Source of the DNA: Octopus bimaculoides
Lineage: Eukaryota
Direction: 5' to 3'
Assembly (NCBI RefSeq): GCF_001194135.2
Contig: NC_068984.1
Coordinates: 137,804,200-137,840,542 of the forward strand
DNA length: 36,343 nucleotides
The notes beneath the pieces are model-generated. The model saw nothing but the letters and a program-made list of their open reading frames with translations. It did not search any database and had not been told where the DNA came from. Shown in pieces: positions 36,054 through 36,343 of this stretch (its first letter is position 1; each line of letters opens with the position of its first letter). A program made the translations under genes and the position numbers.

Positions 36054-36343
36054 TGTGTTAATCCCCATGTGGGTACATGGAGTAAATAAACAATTAAATA
36101 TAAAAAATAATAATTTCTTAAAGTATGTGTTAATCCCCATGTGGGTACCTGGAGCAAATAAAATCATAGCATAAACAATTAAATATAAGAAATAATAATT
36201 TCTTAAAGTATGTGTTAATCTCCATGTGGGTACCTGGAGCAAATAAAATCATAGCATAAACAATTAAATATAAGAAATAATAATTTCTTAAAGTATGTGT
36301 TAATCCCCATGTGGGTACCTGGAGCAAATAAAATCATGGCATA
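36054..36343 (+). repeat. 85-bp AT-rich tandem minisatellite, at least 3.4 units, running off the window end
   Basis: Unit starts aagtatgtgttaatc at 36121, 36206 and 36291. The first unit is shorter because it lacks the aatcatagcat segment. Confidence 0.95.

Noticed and set aside
36054-36343. CRISPR array
   Set aside because: The units are identical along their whole length with no unique spacers, and the context is eukaryotic.

Overview
AT-rich eukaryotic, almost entirely non-coding DNA with 13 N-gaps, dense microsatellites and many SINE/LINE fragments. The repeat complement suggests an octopus (coleoid cephalopod) draft assembly; this is an inference. Nearly all supplied ORFs are microsatellite or gap artefacts. 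Supported content: a full-length but diverged U6 snRNA copy (2944-3050) fused to a SINE and bracketed by long direct repeats; four families of tRNA-headed SINE; RTE (Rex3/Expander-like), R4/Dong-like, Tc1-like and probable Tx1-like remnants; a 249-bp foldback; several local duplications; and two phase-compatible candidate minus-strand exons. The most striking signal is a tRNA-headed SINE carrying a minimal type I hammerhead ribozyme with a palindromic stem III, like those of Penelope-like elements (intact at 11795-11840, minus strand). It sits head-to-head with a sister copy that lacks exactly the cleavage-site segment. Two further unrelated repeats show the same ribozyme architecture, one degenerate and one cut by a gap. 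Family assignments come from motif recognition by eye, not database searches.
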